NCBI GenBank assembly: GCA_044222185.1
Contig: JBGANV010000003.1
Span: 576,001 to 640,000, forward strand
Reading direction: 5' to 3'
Source: Planctomycetota bacterium
Lineage (GTDB): Bacteria; Planctomycetota; GCA-002687715; CAIWVZ01
DNA length: 64,000 nt
The position numbers and the translations under genes are program-made. Shown here piece by piece: positions 38,823 to 48,457 of this stretch. The notes under the pieces were generated by a model, which worked only from the letters and a program-made list of their open reading frames with translations, searched no databases and was not told where the DNA came from. Position 1 is the first letter of the stretch. Every line of letters starts with the position of its first letter.

Positions 38823-41800
38823 TCAGATGCTCGTGTTCACGAAAGCCCAGGTGTTGCGGAACCCGACCGGGCTCGCGGGATCGAGGTAGGACGCCTGGAG
38901 CGTGAAATGGAGTCCGAGAGGCGGGTTTGGATTCGTGATCCCTGGCAGGACGAACCGCCCGCCCGGCGCCGTGTTGCCCGGCTGCGCGGGGCCGATCACG
39001 ATCCCCGGCTGCGCCGGGCCATAGACTCCGATGCCGTCCAGAACCGGGAACAACCCAGGGCTGCCGACCGAGAGCACCATGTCGGCCGCTGGAGTGGGCC
39101 ATGCACCGATGGGCGCCGGCATTCCCGTGTCGCCGGAGAGCACGAACGGCGCGTTCGGAACGCAGCCCTCGATGTTCAGCGAATAGACGACGCCGGGCGC
39201 GACCGGGTCCGGAAGCGGCACGTGACCGATCGTCCCGTGGTTCGCTCCGCTCCCCACGATCACCTCGCCGAAGTTCGACGCGACGGTCGTGGCGTTGCGG
39301 ACCGAGATCCAGATCCCGCCGAGCGACCGCGTCTGCTGAACCGTCGCCGGAAGCGAGGCCGTCAGCAGCGTGCTGCTCAGGAAGGTCGTCGTGAGTGCGA
39401 CGCCATTCCCGAACACCGTCGAGGTCGGCAGGAAGTTGCTCCCGTTCACCGTCAAGGTGGACGCCGGGGACGCGAGCGTCTTGATCGCGATCACCGCGGG
39501 CGTGACCGACGTGATCGCAGGCCCGACCATGCTGAAGGTCAGGGTCGCGGAATTCCCGCCGCCGGGGGTGGGATTGCGCACCTGGACGCTGGCCGTTCCG
39601 ACCGCCGAGATCAGCGCCGCGCTGATGGACGCGGTGAGCTGCGTCGCCGACACGAACGTCGTCGCCTGCGGCGCACCGTTCCAGCGCACTTCGCTCTGGG
39701 CGTTGAAGCTCGATCCCGTCACGGTGAGCGTGAACGCCCCCGTGCCGGCAAGCGCCGACGCCGGATTCATGGAGCCCAGCACCGGGACGGGGTTGTTGAC
39801 CGTGAAGGTCAACGCAGCCGTGGTGCCGCCACCCGGTGTGGGATTGACGACTCGCACGGATGCCGATCCGCCGGCGACGATGTTCGCCGCGGGGACGGTC
39901 GCCTGGAGCTGCGTCGCACTCACGAACGCGGTCCCAAGGCTCGCCCCGTTCCACGTCACCGCGCTCTGCGCGTTGAAGTTCGTGCCGTTCACCGTGAGCG
40001 TGAACGATGCGCCTCCCGCGATCACGGATGAGGGGCTCAGCGAGGTCGCCGTGGGCACCGGGTTGTTGATCGTGAACGTCAAGTTCCCCGTGGTGCCACC
40101 ACCCGGTGCAGGGTTGTTCACCGAGATCGTCGCGGTTCCCGCGGCGACGATGTTGACCGCCGGGACGCTCGCCGTGAGCTGGCCCGCGTTCACCAACGTC
40201 GTCGTCAGGTTCACCCCGTTCCAGCGCACGCGGCTCTGGGAATTGAAGTTCGACCCGTTGACCGTCAGCACGAAGGCCGCGCCACCCGCAGTCGCGGTCG
40301 CAGGCGCCATGGACGCGATCGTCGGCGCCGGGTTCGTCACCGTGAACGTCACGCCGCCCGACGTTCCGCCACCGGGCGCCGGTGTGAACACGGTCACGGT
40401 GTGGGTGCCCGCTGCGGCGACGAGCGCCGCCGGGATCGACGCCGTCAGCGACGTCGAGCTGCCGAACGTCGTCGACTGCGCGACGCCGTCCCATTGCACG
40501 ACGCTCGCGGCGAACCCGTTCGACACGAAGTTCGTGCCCGTGCACGTCAGGGTGACGGCTCCCCCACCCGCCACGACCGTCGTCGGGCTGATGGATGCGA
40601 GCGTGGGGACCGGGCTCGGGGTCTGGCTCACGAGCACCGAGTACGCGCCGCTGATGCCGACGCCGCCGCTACGGGCGACGACGATCGCGTGCCATCCGAG
40701 CCCCAGGTTGCGCGTCAGCACGCCGCCACCCGTCGCCGACGCGAGGTTGGAGTTGGCGCGCGTTCGCCACGCGGACGAAGCGCCCGGCTCGAAGAGATCC
40801 CAATCGAGGCCCGCGAGGCCGGTCAGCGTGAAGTCGTAATCACCCGCCGTCGTGACGTTGAACTCGAAGATGCGGAGGACCTGGCTCGCCCCCCACGAAG
40901 TCGCGAACGTGGAACCGATCGACAAGGTCGACGTCGTGGCCTGGTTGACCGTCGCGCCGGTCACGCCGTTGAATCTCACGATCGTGCCGGCCGTGGGCGA
41001 GATCACACCCAGGTGACCATTCGCGAGGACGTAGTCGGCGGTGGTACCACCGAACTGGGACTCGGCCGTACCGACGAGGACGTCCCAGTCGGATCCCGCG
41101 GATGAGATCCCGACCGCGTTCCATGTCGATGCCTGGGGCGCGAGCGTGAACGGCACGCAGGCATTCGTCACAGCCGTCCCGGTGCTCGATGGAGTCAGCG
41201 CGATGACCGACGCCGTGGGGCACAGGTTCACGGTGAAGTTCAGGAGGGTCGTGGCGGGACCACCAGAGTGGATGATCACCATGAGCCAGATCCCGGCCGA
41301 CAGGGTCACCGTCTGCGTCGAGCCGAAGCCCACCGTCCCGGTGGCGGCGTAGTTCGCCAGCGGAATCCAATCGGCCGTCGTGCCGGGAGCCATCAACATC
41401 CACTGCAGCTCCGTCGGGCCGGTGACGTTCACGTCGTACTGGCCGCTCGACGGGACGTTGTACTCGATGGCTCGGACGACCTGGTTCGCACCAAACGTCG
41501 TATCGAACGTGGCGCCCACGGTCCCGGTCGACGTCGCGGCGACGTGCTCACCGGACGCGGTGCCGGACGCGGAATAGCGCATGAACGTTCCCTGGGTCGG
41601 CGTGATGGCGCCGTTGTGGCCGTTCGAGGCGCAGAAGTCGACGGTCCCGCCGGAGAACGCGAGCCCCGACCCCAAGAAGACGTCCCAGTCGCTATTGCCG
41701 CTGACGGCCACGACATTCCACAGGCCGGCAGTCGGCGTCGTCGAGAACGTCGCACACGCTGCAGGGATCGACTGGGTCACACCGGGTGTGAGCGCGATCG

Positions 41801-43514
41801 TCGGCACGGCGTTGCAGATGCTGGCCGAGAACGTCGCACCTGAGCCGGGTCCGCCGTTGCGGAACACGACGAGGCAGTGCCATCCCGCACTCAGAAAAAC
41901 GTTGGTGAACGGCGCCGCGTTGGCGACGCCGGACGCGACGAATGACGTGCCGCCGCGGGCGAACCAGGCGTTGCTCGCAGCCGGTCCGTAGAGGTGCCAG
42001 GTGAGCGTCGAGGGTCCGTTGACGGCGACGTCGTAGTTCCCCGCCGAGGGGACGTTGAACTCTAGGAGCGAGATGACGTTCGAGCCCGGGATGAATCCGA
42101 GCGTCTCGACGTTCACCGCCGCAGTGCTTGCGACGGCGTACTGAACGGTCGCGTTGGGCCCGCCAGAGAAGAGCTGAATCTCGGCGCTGACGGGGTTGAC
42201 GGCAGCTGCGTGCCCGTTCGCCAGCACGAAGTCACACGCACTCCCGCCGAGGAAGGATCCGATCGTGTTGACCTGGATGTCCCAATCGAACGGTGATGAG
42301 ACGGCGATGCCCGTCCAGCCGAAGGTCTGCTGGGTCGTGCTCACGTAATGCGGAGAGCACGAGATCGTCGCGGGGAAACCCGGGCTCAGGACCGTCGAAC
42401 CGCAGTTGCCCGTGTTCGCGATCGCGCCCTGGAGGCCGGCATTCAGGATGCTCGTCCCCGAGTTGCTGCCGAAGACGGCACCGCAACCGCCGTTGGTGTG
42501 GATGCCGATGGCGAGGCCCGTGGCCTCGTCGATCACCGGCGAGCCGGAGTTCCCGCCCTCCGTATCGACCTGGTAATTGATGACGTCACCGCCGGCGCCC
42601 GAATAGGGGCCGGTCGCCGTTTGCTGGACGAAATTCGCCGTGCCCGTGTCGGCGCCGCAACCCGTGACGCGGATCGTCGGGACGGAGAACGGAGGGAAGT
42701 AGAACGGAAGGCTCGACGCGAGGCTGAAGCTCGCTCCACCCTGATGCGAGAGTGCCGTCTGCCCCGTCACGTTCGGGTGCAGGCGCATCACGCTGAAGTC
42801 GTTGCCGATGGCAGTCTGCACCGCGACGATCGTCCCCTGGTCGACCGGGAACTGGTTGTGCGCGGGAGGGTTGATGATCTGACCGCCGGCCGTCGACAAC
42901 GGCACGTTGAACTCGGCGGTGATCAATGCCGACGTGGACGCGGGAATGCCGCAGTGACCGGCCGAAAGGATCATGTTCTGGCCGTTGATGAGCCACCCCG
43001 TGCAAACGAATCCGTTGCCGAGGAGGCGGCAGACACGCGCGTCGCCGCTGAAGGTGCGATCGTCGGTCGCTCCGCACTGCGTATCGATCCCCGCGGGCGT
43101 CGTCATGGAGGCACCGAAGAGGAACGCCGAGCCGACCATGACCTCGCCGTGCGAGCCGGGCATGAGCCGCAGTTCGAGCGCCAGGGCTCCGCCGTTGAAC
43201 CACGCCGTGTGGTTGCGCCACTGCTTCAGGCTCATCTGCGTGAAGACCTGCGAGTCGTTGTCCGCGAGGCTCGTCACCGTGAGCGAGTCGCCCTCGCGCT
43301 CGAGGTCCGCGACCGTGAACGCGAGTTGCAGCGATCCCGCCGTCGGAATCTGGACGACCTGCGTCCACACGACTTGCGGGCTCGCGGTGGCGTTCGTGAG
43401 CCGGCCGCTTCCCACTTCGACCGGAACCTCGGTCATCAGTTGGAGGTTGCCTTGCGCGCCAGCCAGGCACGCGAGCCACAACGAGCATGCGATCGTCAGC
43501 GTCGAACTCTTCAT
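38823..43514 (-). CDS. large secreted trypsin-like (S1) serine protease, paralog B (same architecture)
   Basis: Signal peptide MKSSTLTIACSLWLACLAGA; LSAGHC / NDFSVM / GGNSGSP; same repeats as paralog A and a near-identical C-terminus (...FRNTWAFVNTSI). Confidence 0.85.
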   Translation of the reverse strand: MKSSTLTIACSLWLACLAGAQGNLQLMTEVPVEVGSGRLTNATASPQVVWTQVVQIPTAGSLQLAFTVADLEREGDSLTVTSLADNDSQVFTQMSLKQWRNHTAWFNGGALALELRLMPGSHGEVMVGSAFLFGASMTTPAGIDTQCGATDDRTFSGDARVCRLLGNGFVCTGWLINGQNMILSAGHCGIPASTSALITAEFNVPLSTAGGQIINPPAHNQFPVDQGTIVAVQTAIGNDFSVMRLHPNVTGQTALSHQGGASFSLASSLPFYFPPFSVPTIRVTGCGADTGTANFVQQTATGPYSGAGGDVINYQVDTEGGNSGSPVIDEATGLAIGIHTNGGCGAVFGSNSGTSILNAGLQGAIANTGNCGSTVLSPGFPATISCSPHYVSTTQQTFGWTGIAVSSPFDWDIQVNTIGSFLGGSACDFVLANGHAAAVNPVSAEIQLFSGGPNATVQYAVASTAAVNVETLGFIPGSNVISLLEFNVPSAGNYDVAVNGPSTLTWHLYGPAASNAWFARGGTSFVASGVANAAPFTNVFLSAGWHCLVVFRNGGPGSGATFSASICNAVPTIALTPGVTQSIPAACATFSTTPTAGLWNVVAVSGNSDWDVFLGSGLAFSGGTVDFCASNGHNGAITPTQGTFMRYSASGTASGEHVAATSTGTVGATFDTTFGANQVVRAIEYNVPSSGQYDVNVTGPTELQWMLMAPGTTADWIPLANYAATGTVGFGSTQTVTLSAGIWLMVIIHSGGPATTLLNFTVNLCPTASVIALTPSSTGTAVTNACVPFTLAPQASTWNAVGISSAGSDWDVLVGTAESQFGGTTADYVLANGHLGVISPTAGTIVRFNGVTGATVNQATTSTLSIGSTFATSWGASQVLRIFEFNVTTAGDYDFTLTGLAGLDWDLFEPGASSAWRTRANSNLASATGGGVLTRNLGLGWHAIVVARSGGVGISGAYSVLVSQTPSPVPTLASISPTTVVAGGGAVTLTCTGTNFVSNGFAASVVQWDGVAQSTTFGSSTSLTASIPAALVAAAGTHTVTVFTPAPGGGTSGGVTFTVTNPAPTIASMAPATATAGGAAFVLTVNGSNFNSQSRVRWNGVNLTTTLVNAGQLTASVPAVNIVAAGTATISVNNPAPGGGTTGNLTFTINNPVPTATSLSPSSVIAGGASFTLTVNGTNFNAQSAVTWNGASLGTAFVSATQLQATVPAANIVAGGSASVRVVNPTPGGGTTAALTFTVNNPVPVLGSMNPASALAGTGAFTLTVTGSSFNAQSEVRWNGAPQATTFVSATQLTASISAALISAVGTASVQVRNPTPGGGNSATLTFSMVGPAITSVTPAVIAIKTLASPASTLTVNGSNFLPTSTVFGNGVALTTTFLSSTLLTASLPATVQQTRSLGGIWISVRNATTVASNFGEVIVGSGANHGTIGHVPLPDPVAPGVVYSLNIEGCVPNAPFVLSGDTGMPAPIGAWPTPAADMVLSVGSPGLFPVLDGIGVYGPAQPGIVIGPAQPGNTAPGGRFVLPGITNPNPPLGLHFTLQASYLDPASPVGFRNTWAFVNTSI

Positions 43515-44185
43515 CGAGAATCTCCGTGAGATTGAAAGGCGCGCCGCCGGGAGCGAGATCCAACACGTCGCTCGCCGAAGGCCGCCGCGAACCGACCGGT
43601 CACGCAGACCGATGAGCCCGAAGCGGCATCGGGCGGCGGAAAGTGACAGGCGCGTCGGAGAAAAATCACCGAGCACGCAAACGTCGATCTTCAATAGGTT
43701 TACGGCACGTCATGGATCATGGACGGACGTGACGAACGGCCCTTCCCATGTCCCGCGCCGTCACAGCAAGCGTGGACCCGATCGGGGGATCGACACGCGA
43801 CTGATAGCCACACGGCGTTTGCTTCACGGCGACGGCACCGGCTCGATGACCGGTGGCGCTGGACGTGCAGCGCATGTGTGCCGGCCCGCCGCGACGCGGC
43901 GCGACCCCTCACCGCTTCGAAGCGATCGTCGTGGTCGCGACGCGCCTCGCCGACACGAACGCGGCGAACTGTGCGGGTTCGTCACGTCCACGGACACCGC
44001 CCCACACGGCGCCGCCGACCGGACGCCGCGAAACACACGAGCCGGGGAAGCGACGTCCGCCCCGCGTGAGATCGCGTCGCAGCAGGCGCCAGATGCACGC
44101 ATCGCGCCGCTCGAAGTAGCATCCCCCTGCCGATCGACCGGGTTGTCGCGAGCGCGCAACGATCGGATTGCGGGAAAGGACTCTC

Positions 44186-45691
44186 ATGGCGAGCGTCGCG
44201 AAACAGGTGTTCATCTCGTACGCGAGGGAGGACAAGGAGAGAGTCCGGCGCCTCTACCGACGACTGAAGAAGGACGGCATCGACTCGTGGTGGGACGAGG
44301 AAGACCTGGACCCCGGCGTCGCGTGGCCGGATCGGATCTCGACCGCGATCAAGAACTGCACGATCTTCCTCGCCTGCCTCTCGACGACGGCCGTTCGCAA
44401 GCGAGGTCATGTCCAGGTCGAGATGCAGCAGGCGCTGGAGGTGCTCAAGACGCTCCCGGCCGGCGACGTCTACGTGATCCCACTCTGCCTCGAGACGTGT
44501 GCCGTTCCAGAGCCGATCGCCGATCGGCAGAAGCTCGACCTCTTCGCGCCGAAGGGGTACGAGAGGCTCCTCACGGCCCTACGGGAACGCCTCTCCCACC
44601 CACCCACCTGCGGTACCGAACCTCGCCCGAACCCGCCGACCGCGCCGCGACCGTTTCTGATCGGGATCGATGTCGGGACGACCAAGATCGCAGGGGCAAT
44701 CGTCAGTGTCCCAGACGGGCAGGCGCCGACGGTCGTGTTGGAGCAGCGGATCAACCACGCCGAGATTGGCAGAGAGACCGGCATCCTCGACAAGGTCGAA
44801 TCCGTCGTCCGGCGCCTGATCGCCGATCATGGGCTGAAGCCCGGCGATATCGCTGCCGTTGGAATCGGGCTTCCCGGGCAAGTGGACTCGGAAGACGGAG
44901 TCCTGAAGTTCGCCCCGGGGCTCGCCCTGCATGAGATCGCGGTTGCTGGTGAATTGACGAGACGTCTGGGAATCGCGACCTATGCGGACAACGACGTGAA
45001 GTGCGCGACCTTGGCCGAACTACGCCACGGGTGGGGCCGGACAAACAAGGACCTCGTGTGCGTCTTCGTCGGCACGGGGATCGGGGGTGGCATCGTGGTC
45101 GACGGCCGACTATTGCGCGGTTCAGCGTGGTGCGCCGGCGAGGTCGGCCACATGAAGATCGCAATCGGCGCCACGGCGGAGGCCTGCACGTGCGGGGGTC
45201 TCGGTTGCTTCGAAGCGTATGCGTCGTCACGAGCCCTCATCCGAATGGCGCGCGCGGCGATCGACGACGCAAAGAAGAACGGAGTTACGACGAAACTCGC
45301 CGCCGTCGATCAGGCCACGGTCCGGCCCGAGGTGATCGTCGCAGCCGCCAAGGCCGGAGACGACGTCGCATGCGCCGTGATCACGGAGTTCGGCAGGGTC
45401 CTGGCGGTCGGCCTGGCGAACATCGCGAACGTCCTGAACCCGGACGTCATCGTGCTCGGGGGCGGTCTCGTGAAGGGTCTGGCAACCGTCGACGGTTTCA
45501 ACAAAGGGCGCGATCAGTCGTTCCGGGCCCATGCATTTCGGGGTTGTGCGGATTCGAAGATTCGAGACCCCGAATTGGGCGACCACGCGCCGATCATCGG
45601 GGCCTGCCTGCTCGCGCTCGAACGAAGCCGACGCCGATCGAGAGTGTCAAAACCTGCCGCCGCTCCCGCGTCTCAAGCGAACGCCACCTGA
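44186..45691 (+). CDS. TIR-domain / ROK-family sugar kinase fusion protein
   Basis: N-terminal TIR_2 (VFISYARED...WWDEEDL.PG..W..I..AI...GHVQVE...VIP), Pro-rich linker, and ROK domain (IGIDVGTTK, NDV, GTGIGGG, GEVGH, CTCGGLGCFEAYAS). Confidence 0.88.
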   Translation: MASVAKQVFISYAREDKERVRRLYRRLKKDGIDSWWDEEDLDPGVAWPDRISTAIKNCTIFLACLSTTAVRKRGHVQVEMQQALEVLKTLPAGDVYVIPLCLETCAVPEPIADRQKLDLFAPKGYERLLTALRERLSHPPTCGTEPRPNPPTAPRPFLIGIDVGTTKIAGAIVSVPDGQAPTVVLEQRINHAEIGRETGILDKVESVVRRLIADHGLKPGDIAAVGIGLPGQVDSEDGVLKFAPGLALHEIAVAGELTRRLGIATYADNDVKCATLAELRHGWGRTNKDLVCVFVGTGIGGGIVVDGRLLRGSAWCAGEVGHMKIAIGATAEACTCGGLGCFEAYASSRALIRMARAAIDDAKKNGVTTKLAAVDQATVRPEVIVAAAKAGDDVACAVITEFGRVLAVGLANIANVLNPDVIVLGGGLVKGLATVDGFNKGRDQSFRAHAFRGCADSKIRDPELGDHAPIIGACLLALERSRRRSRVSKPAAAPASQANAT

Positions 45692-45815
45692 CCGGCCGCA
45701 GGCGACGTCGCAGCGACCGCAACCGCGACCGCCACATCCACCTGAAAACGCCCGCGGACGGCGCGCCTGCAGGCTGAGGAAACCCGCGCAGCCGCGCGGC
45801 ATCCAACCGCGCGTC

Positions 45816-47393
45816 ATGCACTACGACGTCATCATCATCGGGACCGGCGCCGGCGGTGGAACTCTGCTCCACCGACTTGCGCCGTCTGGGAAGTCGATCC
45901 TCGTCCTCGAGCGCGGCGGGTTCCTTCCGCGCGAGAAGGACAACTGGAGCCCCCACGCGGTCCTGACCGAATCCAAGTACAAGGCGCAGGAGACCTGGTT
46001 CGACGCGGAGGGCAAGGCGTTCCACCCCGGGATCCACTACTACGTGGGCGGGCAGACGAAGTTCTACGGCGCCGCGCTGCTCCGCATGCGCGAGCGCGAC
46101 TTCGAGGAAGTCCGACACGCCGATGGGATCTCCCCCGCATGGCCCGTGGGCTACGCGGAGTTGGAGCCGTACTACACTGAGGCCGAGAGGCTCTACCGCG
46201 TTCACGGTGAGCGCGGATCCGACCCGACGGAACCCTGGGCCAGCGCGCCGTACTCGCACCCCGCCGTCAGTCACGAGCCGCGCATCCAGCGGCTCCATGA
46301 CGATCTGGTCCGCATCGGACGCAAGCCGTTCCCGCTGCCCATGGGTGTGCTCCTCGACGAACGCCGACCCGAGCGCAGCCCCTGCATCCGCTGTGAGACG
46401 TGCGACGGATTCCCCTGCCTCGTGAACGCCAAGTCGGACGCGCACGTCATCTGCGTGAACCCGGCGCTGAAGCACCAGAACGTCACCCTGCTCACGAACG
46501 CACTCGTGACGCGGCTCGAGGTCGATGGAACGGGGCGCGACGTGCGACGCGTGCACGTGGACCGCGACGGCGCGAAGGAAACCTACTCGGCCGATCTCGT
46601 CGTCGTCGCCTGCGGCGCCGTGAACTCCGCGGCCCTCCTCCTCCGGTCGGCCTGCGACCTCCACCCGCGCGGACTCGCCAACCGGTCGGGTGTCGTCGGT
46701 CGCCACTACATGTGCCACAACAACTCGGCGCTGATCGCGCTGTCGAAGGACCCCAATCCGACACGCTTCCAGAAGACGCTCGGACTGAACGACTTCTATT
46801 TCGGCGACGACCACTACCCGTTCCCCATGGGCCACATCGCCATGTTGGGCAAGCAGGACATGGAATCGCTTCGCGGCGGTGCACCGGCGTTCGCGCCCGG
46901 AATCGTGCTGGACGCCATCGGGAAACACACGCTCGACTTCTGGCTGACGACCGAAGACCTGCCGGATCCGCAGAACCGGGTCGTCCTGCGCGACGACGGC
47001 GCGATCGAACTCCGCTACCGAGAGAACAACGTGGAGCCGCATCGCCGGTTGACGCAGAAGCTGAAGGAGATGCTCGAGGCGATCGGCTGTGACCACCGCC
47101 ACCTGATCCCCCACGCCCTCTACCTGGGCAAGAAGATCCCCATCGCCGGGGTCGCGCACCAATGCGGAACGATCCGGTTCGGAGAGGACGCCGAACGCTC
47201 GGCGCTCGACCGGAATGGCCAGGCCCACGACGTGGAGAATCTCTTCGTGGCGGATGCGAGCGTCTTCCCGTCGAGCTCCGCCGTGAATCCCGCGCTCACG
47301 ATCATGGCGCATGCACTCCGCCTCGGAGATCACATCCTCCACCGACTCGGCGTCTCGGCGAGCTCGGCGAGCTCGGCGGAGGTCGCACGATGA
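45816..47393 (+). CDS. GMC family flavin oxidoreductase
   Basis: YDVIIIGTGAGG FAD motif, LERG, VGGQTKFYGA, CIRCETCDGFPC, AHQCGT and NPALTIMA. Confidence 0.9.
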   Translation: MHYDVIIIGTGAGGGTLLHRLAPSGKSILVLERGGFLPREKDNWSPHAVLTESKYKAQETWFDAEGKAFHPGIHYYVGGQTKFYGAALLRMRERDFEEVRHADGISPAWPVGYAELEPYYTEAERLYRVHGERGSDPTEPWASAPYSHPAVSHEPRIQRLHDDLVRIGRKPFPLPMGVLLDERRPERSPCIRCETCDGFPCLVNAKSDAHVICVNPALKHQNVTLLTNALVTRLEVDGTGRDVRRVHVDRDGAKETYSADLVVVACGAVNSAALLLRSACDLHPRGLANRSGVVGRHYMCHNNSALIALSKDPNPTRFQKTLGLNDFYFGDDHYPFPMGHIAMLGKQDMESLRGGAPAFAPGIVLDAIGKHTLDFWLTTEDLPDPQNRVVLRDDGAIELRYRENNVEPHRRLTQKLKEMLEAIGCDHRHLIPHALYLGKKIPIAGVAHQCGTIRFGEDAERSALDRNGQAHDVENLFVADASVFPSSSAVNPALTIMAHALRLGDHILHRLGVSASSASSAEVAR

Positions 47394-48457
47394 GCAGAAC
47401 CATGCCTTTCCTGCGCCAGTCGTGTCGTGCCGTCGCCATCTTGGTGGCGATCCTTGCGGTCGCCCGACTCCCAGCCCACGCCCAAGCGGACAGTCGTCCG
47501 GCGAGCCGGGCCGTCGCCGTCGCAGAGGTCTCCATGACCGTCGCCGACCTCGACCGCGCGGTGGAGTTCTACACGCGCGTGCTCGGCTTCACGAAGCGAG
47601 CCGAGGCCGAGACGGAAGGGGAACGCCCGGAGGCGATTCTCGGTGTCTTCCCCGCTCACACACGAGCCGCCAGGCTCACGCTCGGGGATGAGTCCATCGA
47701 ACTCGTGCAGTTCCTGACGCCCCAGGGCCGCCCGTATCCCCGCGATGCGCGAAGTCACGACCGCAGTTTCCAGCACGTGGCCATCATCGTGCGCGACATG
47801 GCCAAGGCGTACGCGGTCCTCCGCCAGAACGAGGTGGCGCACATCTCACCGTCGCCGCAGCGCCTCCCGGATTGGAATCCGAACGCGGGCGGAATCGAGG
47901 CCTTCTACTTCCGTGACCCGGACGGGCATCCCCTCGAGATCCTGCACTTCCCCGCCGGCAAGGGCGCACCAAAGTGGCACCTGCCGTCGGAGCGGGTCTT
48001 CCTGGGCATCGACCATTCGGCGATCACCGTGCGCAGCACCAGCGACGCCCTCGCCTTCTACCGCGACGTTCTTGGCATGACCGTCGTGGGGACGAGCGAG
48101 AACTCCGGGATCGAACAGGAGCGCCTCAACGCCGTTCGCGGTGCGCGCCTTCGGATCACGACCCTGCGAGCCGAGCGCGGTCCGGGCGTCGAGCTCCTCG
48201 AATACGTCGCGCCGGACGGTGGCAGTCCGATGCCCGCCGACGTGCGAACGAGCGACGTCCTCCATCGGCACACGACGATCGAGGTCGACGATGCGCGCGC
48301 CGCGGCGCGGGCGATGCGAGAGAAGGCGCTACCGTTCGTTTCATCCCGGGTCGTCGAGGAGGATCCTGCGGCGGCGTCGGGAACGTGTTTCATCGTTCGA
48401 GACCCCGACGGTCACGCCGTGAAGATCACCGAACGCCAGAAGGGGCGGAAGCCATGA
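47390..48457 (+). CDS. secreted two-domain VOC/glyoxalase family protein
   Basis: Signal peptide ending AHA-Q; [36 protein letters not shown] and RDPDGH. ATGA overlap with the GMC stop. Confidence 0.85.
   Translation: MSRTMPFLRQSCRAVAILVAILAVARLPAHAQADSRPASRAVAVAEVSMTVADLDRAVEFYTRVLGFTKRAEAETEGERPEAILGVFPAHTRAARLTLGDESIELVQFLTPQGRPYPRDARSHDRSFQHVAIIVRDMAKAYAVLRQNEVAHISPSPQRLPDWNPNAGGIEAFYFRDPDGHPLEILHFPAGKGAPKWHLPSERVFLGIDHSAITVRSTSDALAFYRDVLGMTVVGTSENSGIEQERLNAVRGARLRITTLRAERGPGVELLEYVAPDGGSPMPADVRTSDVLHRHTTIEVDDARAAARAMREKALPFVSSRVVEEDPAAASGTCFIVRDPDGHAVKITERQKGRKP

Noticed and set aside
43515-44185. Possible mobile-element boundary or small partner gene upstream of TIR-ROK
   Set aside because: No terminal repeats, integrase/transposase or credible ORF seen; treated as a divergent promoter region.
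47356-47379. Short tandem repeat GGCGAGCTC at the GMC 3' end
   Set aside because: Only 2-3 in-frame copies encoding a SASSASSA tail; no sign of a phase-variable tract.
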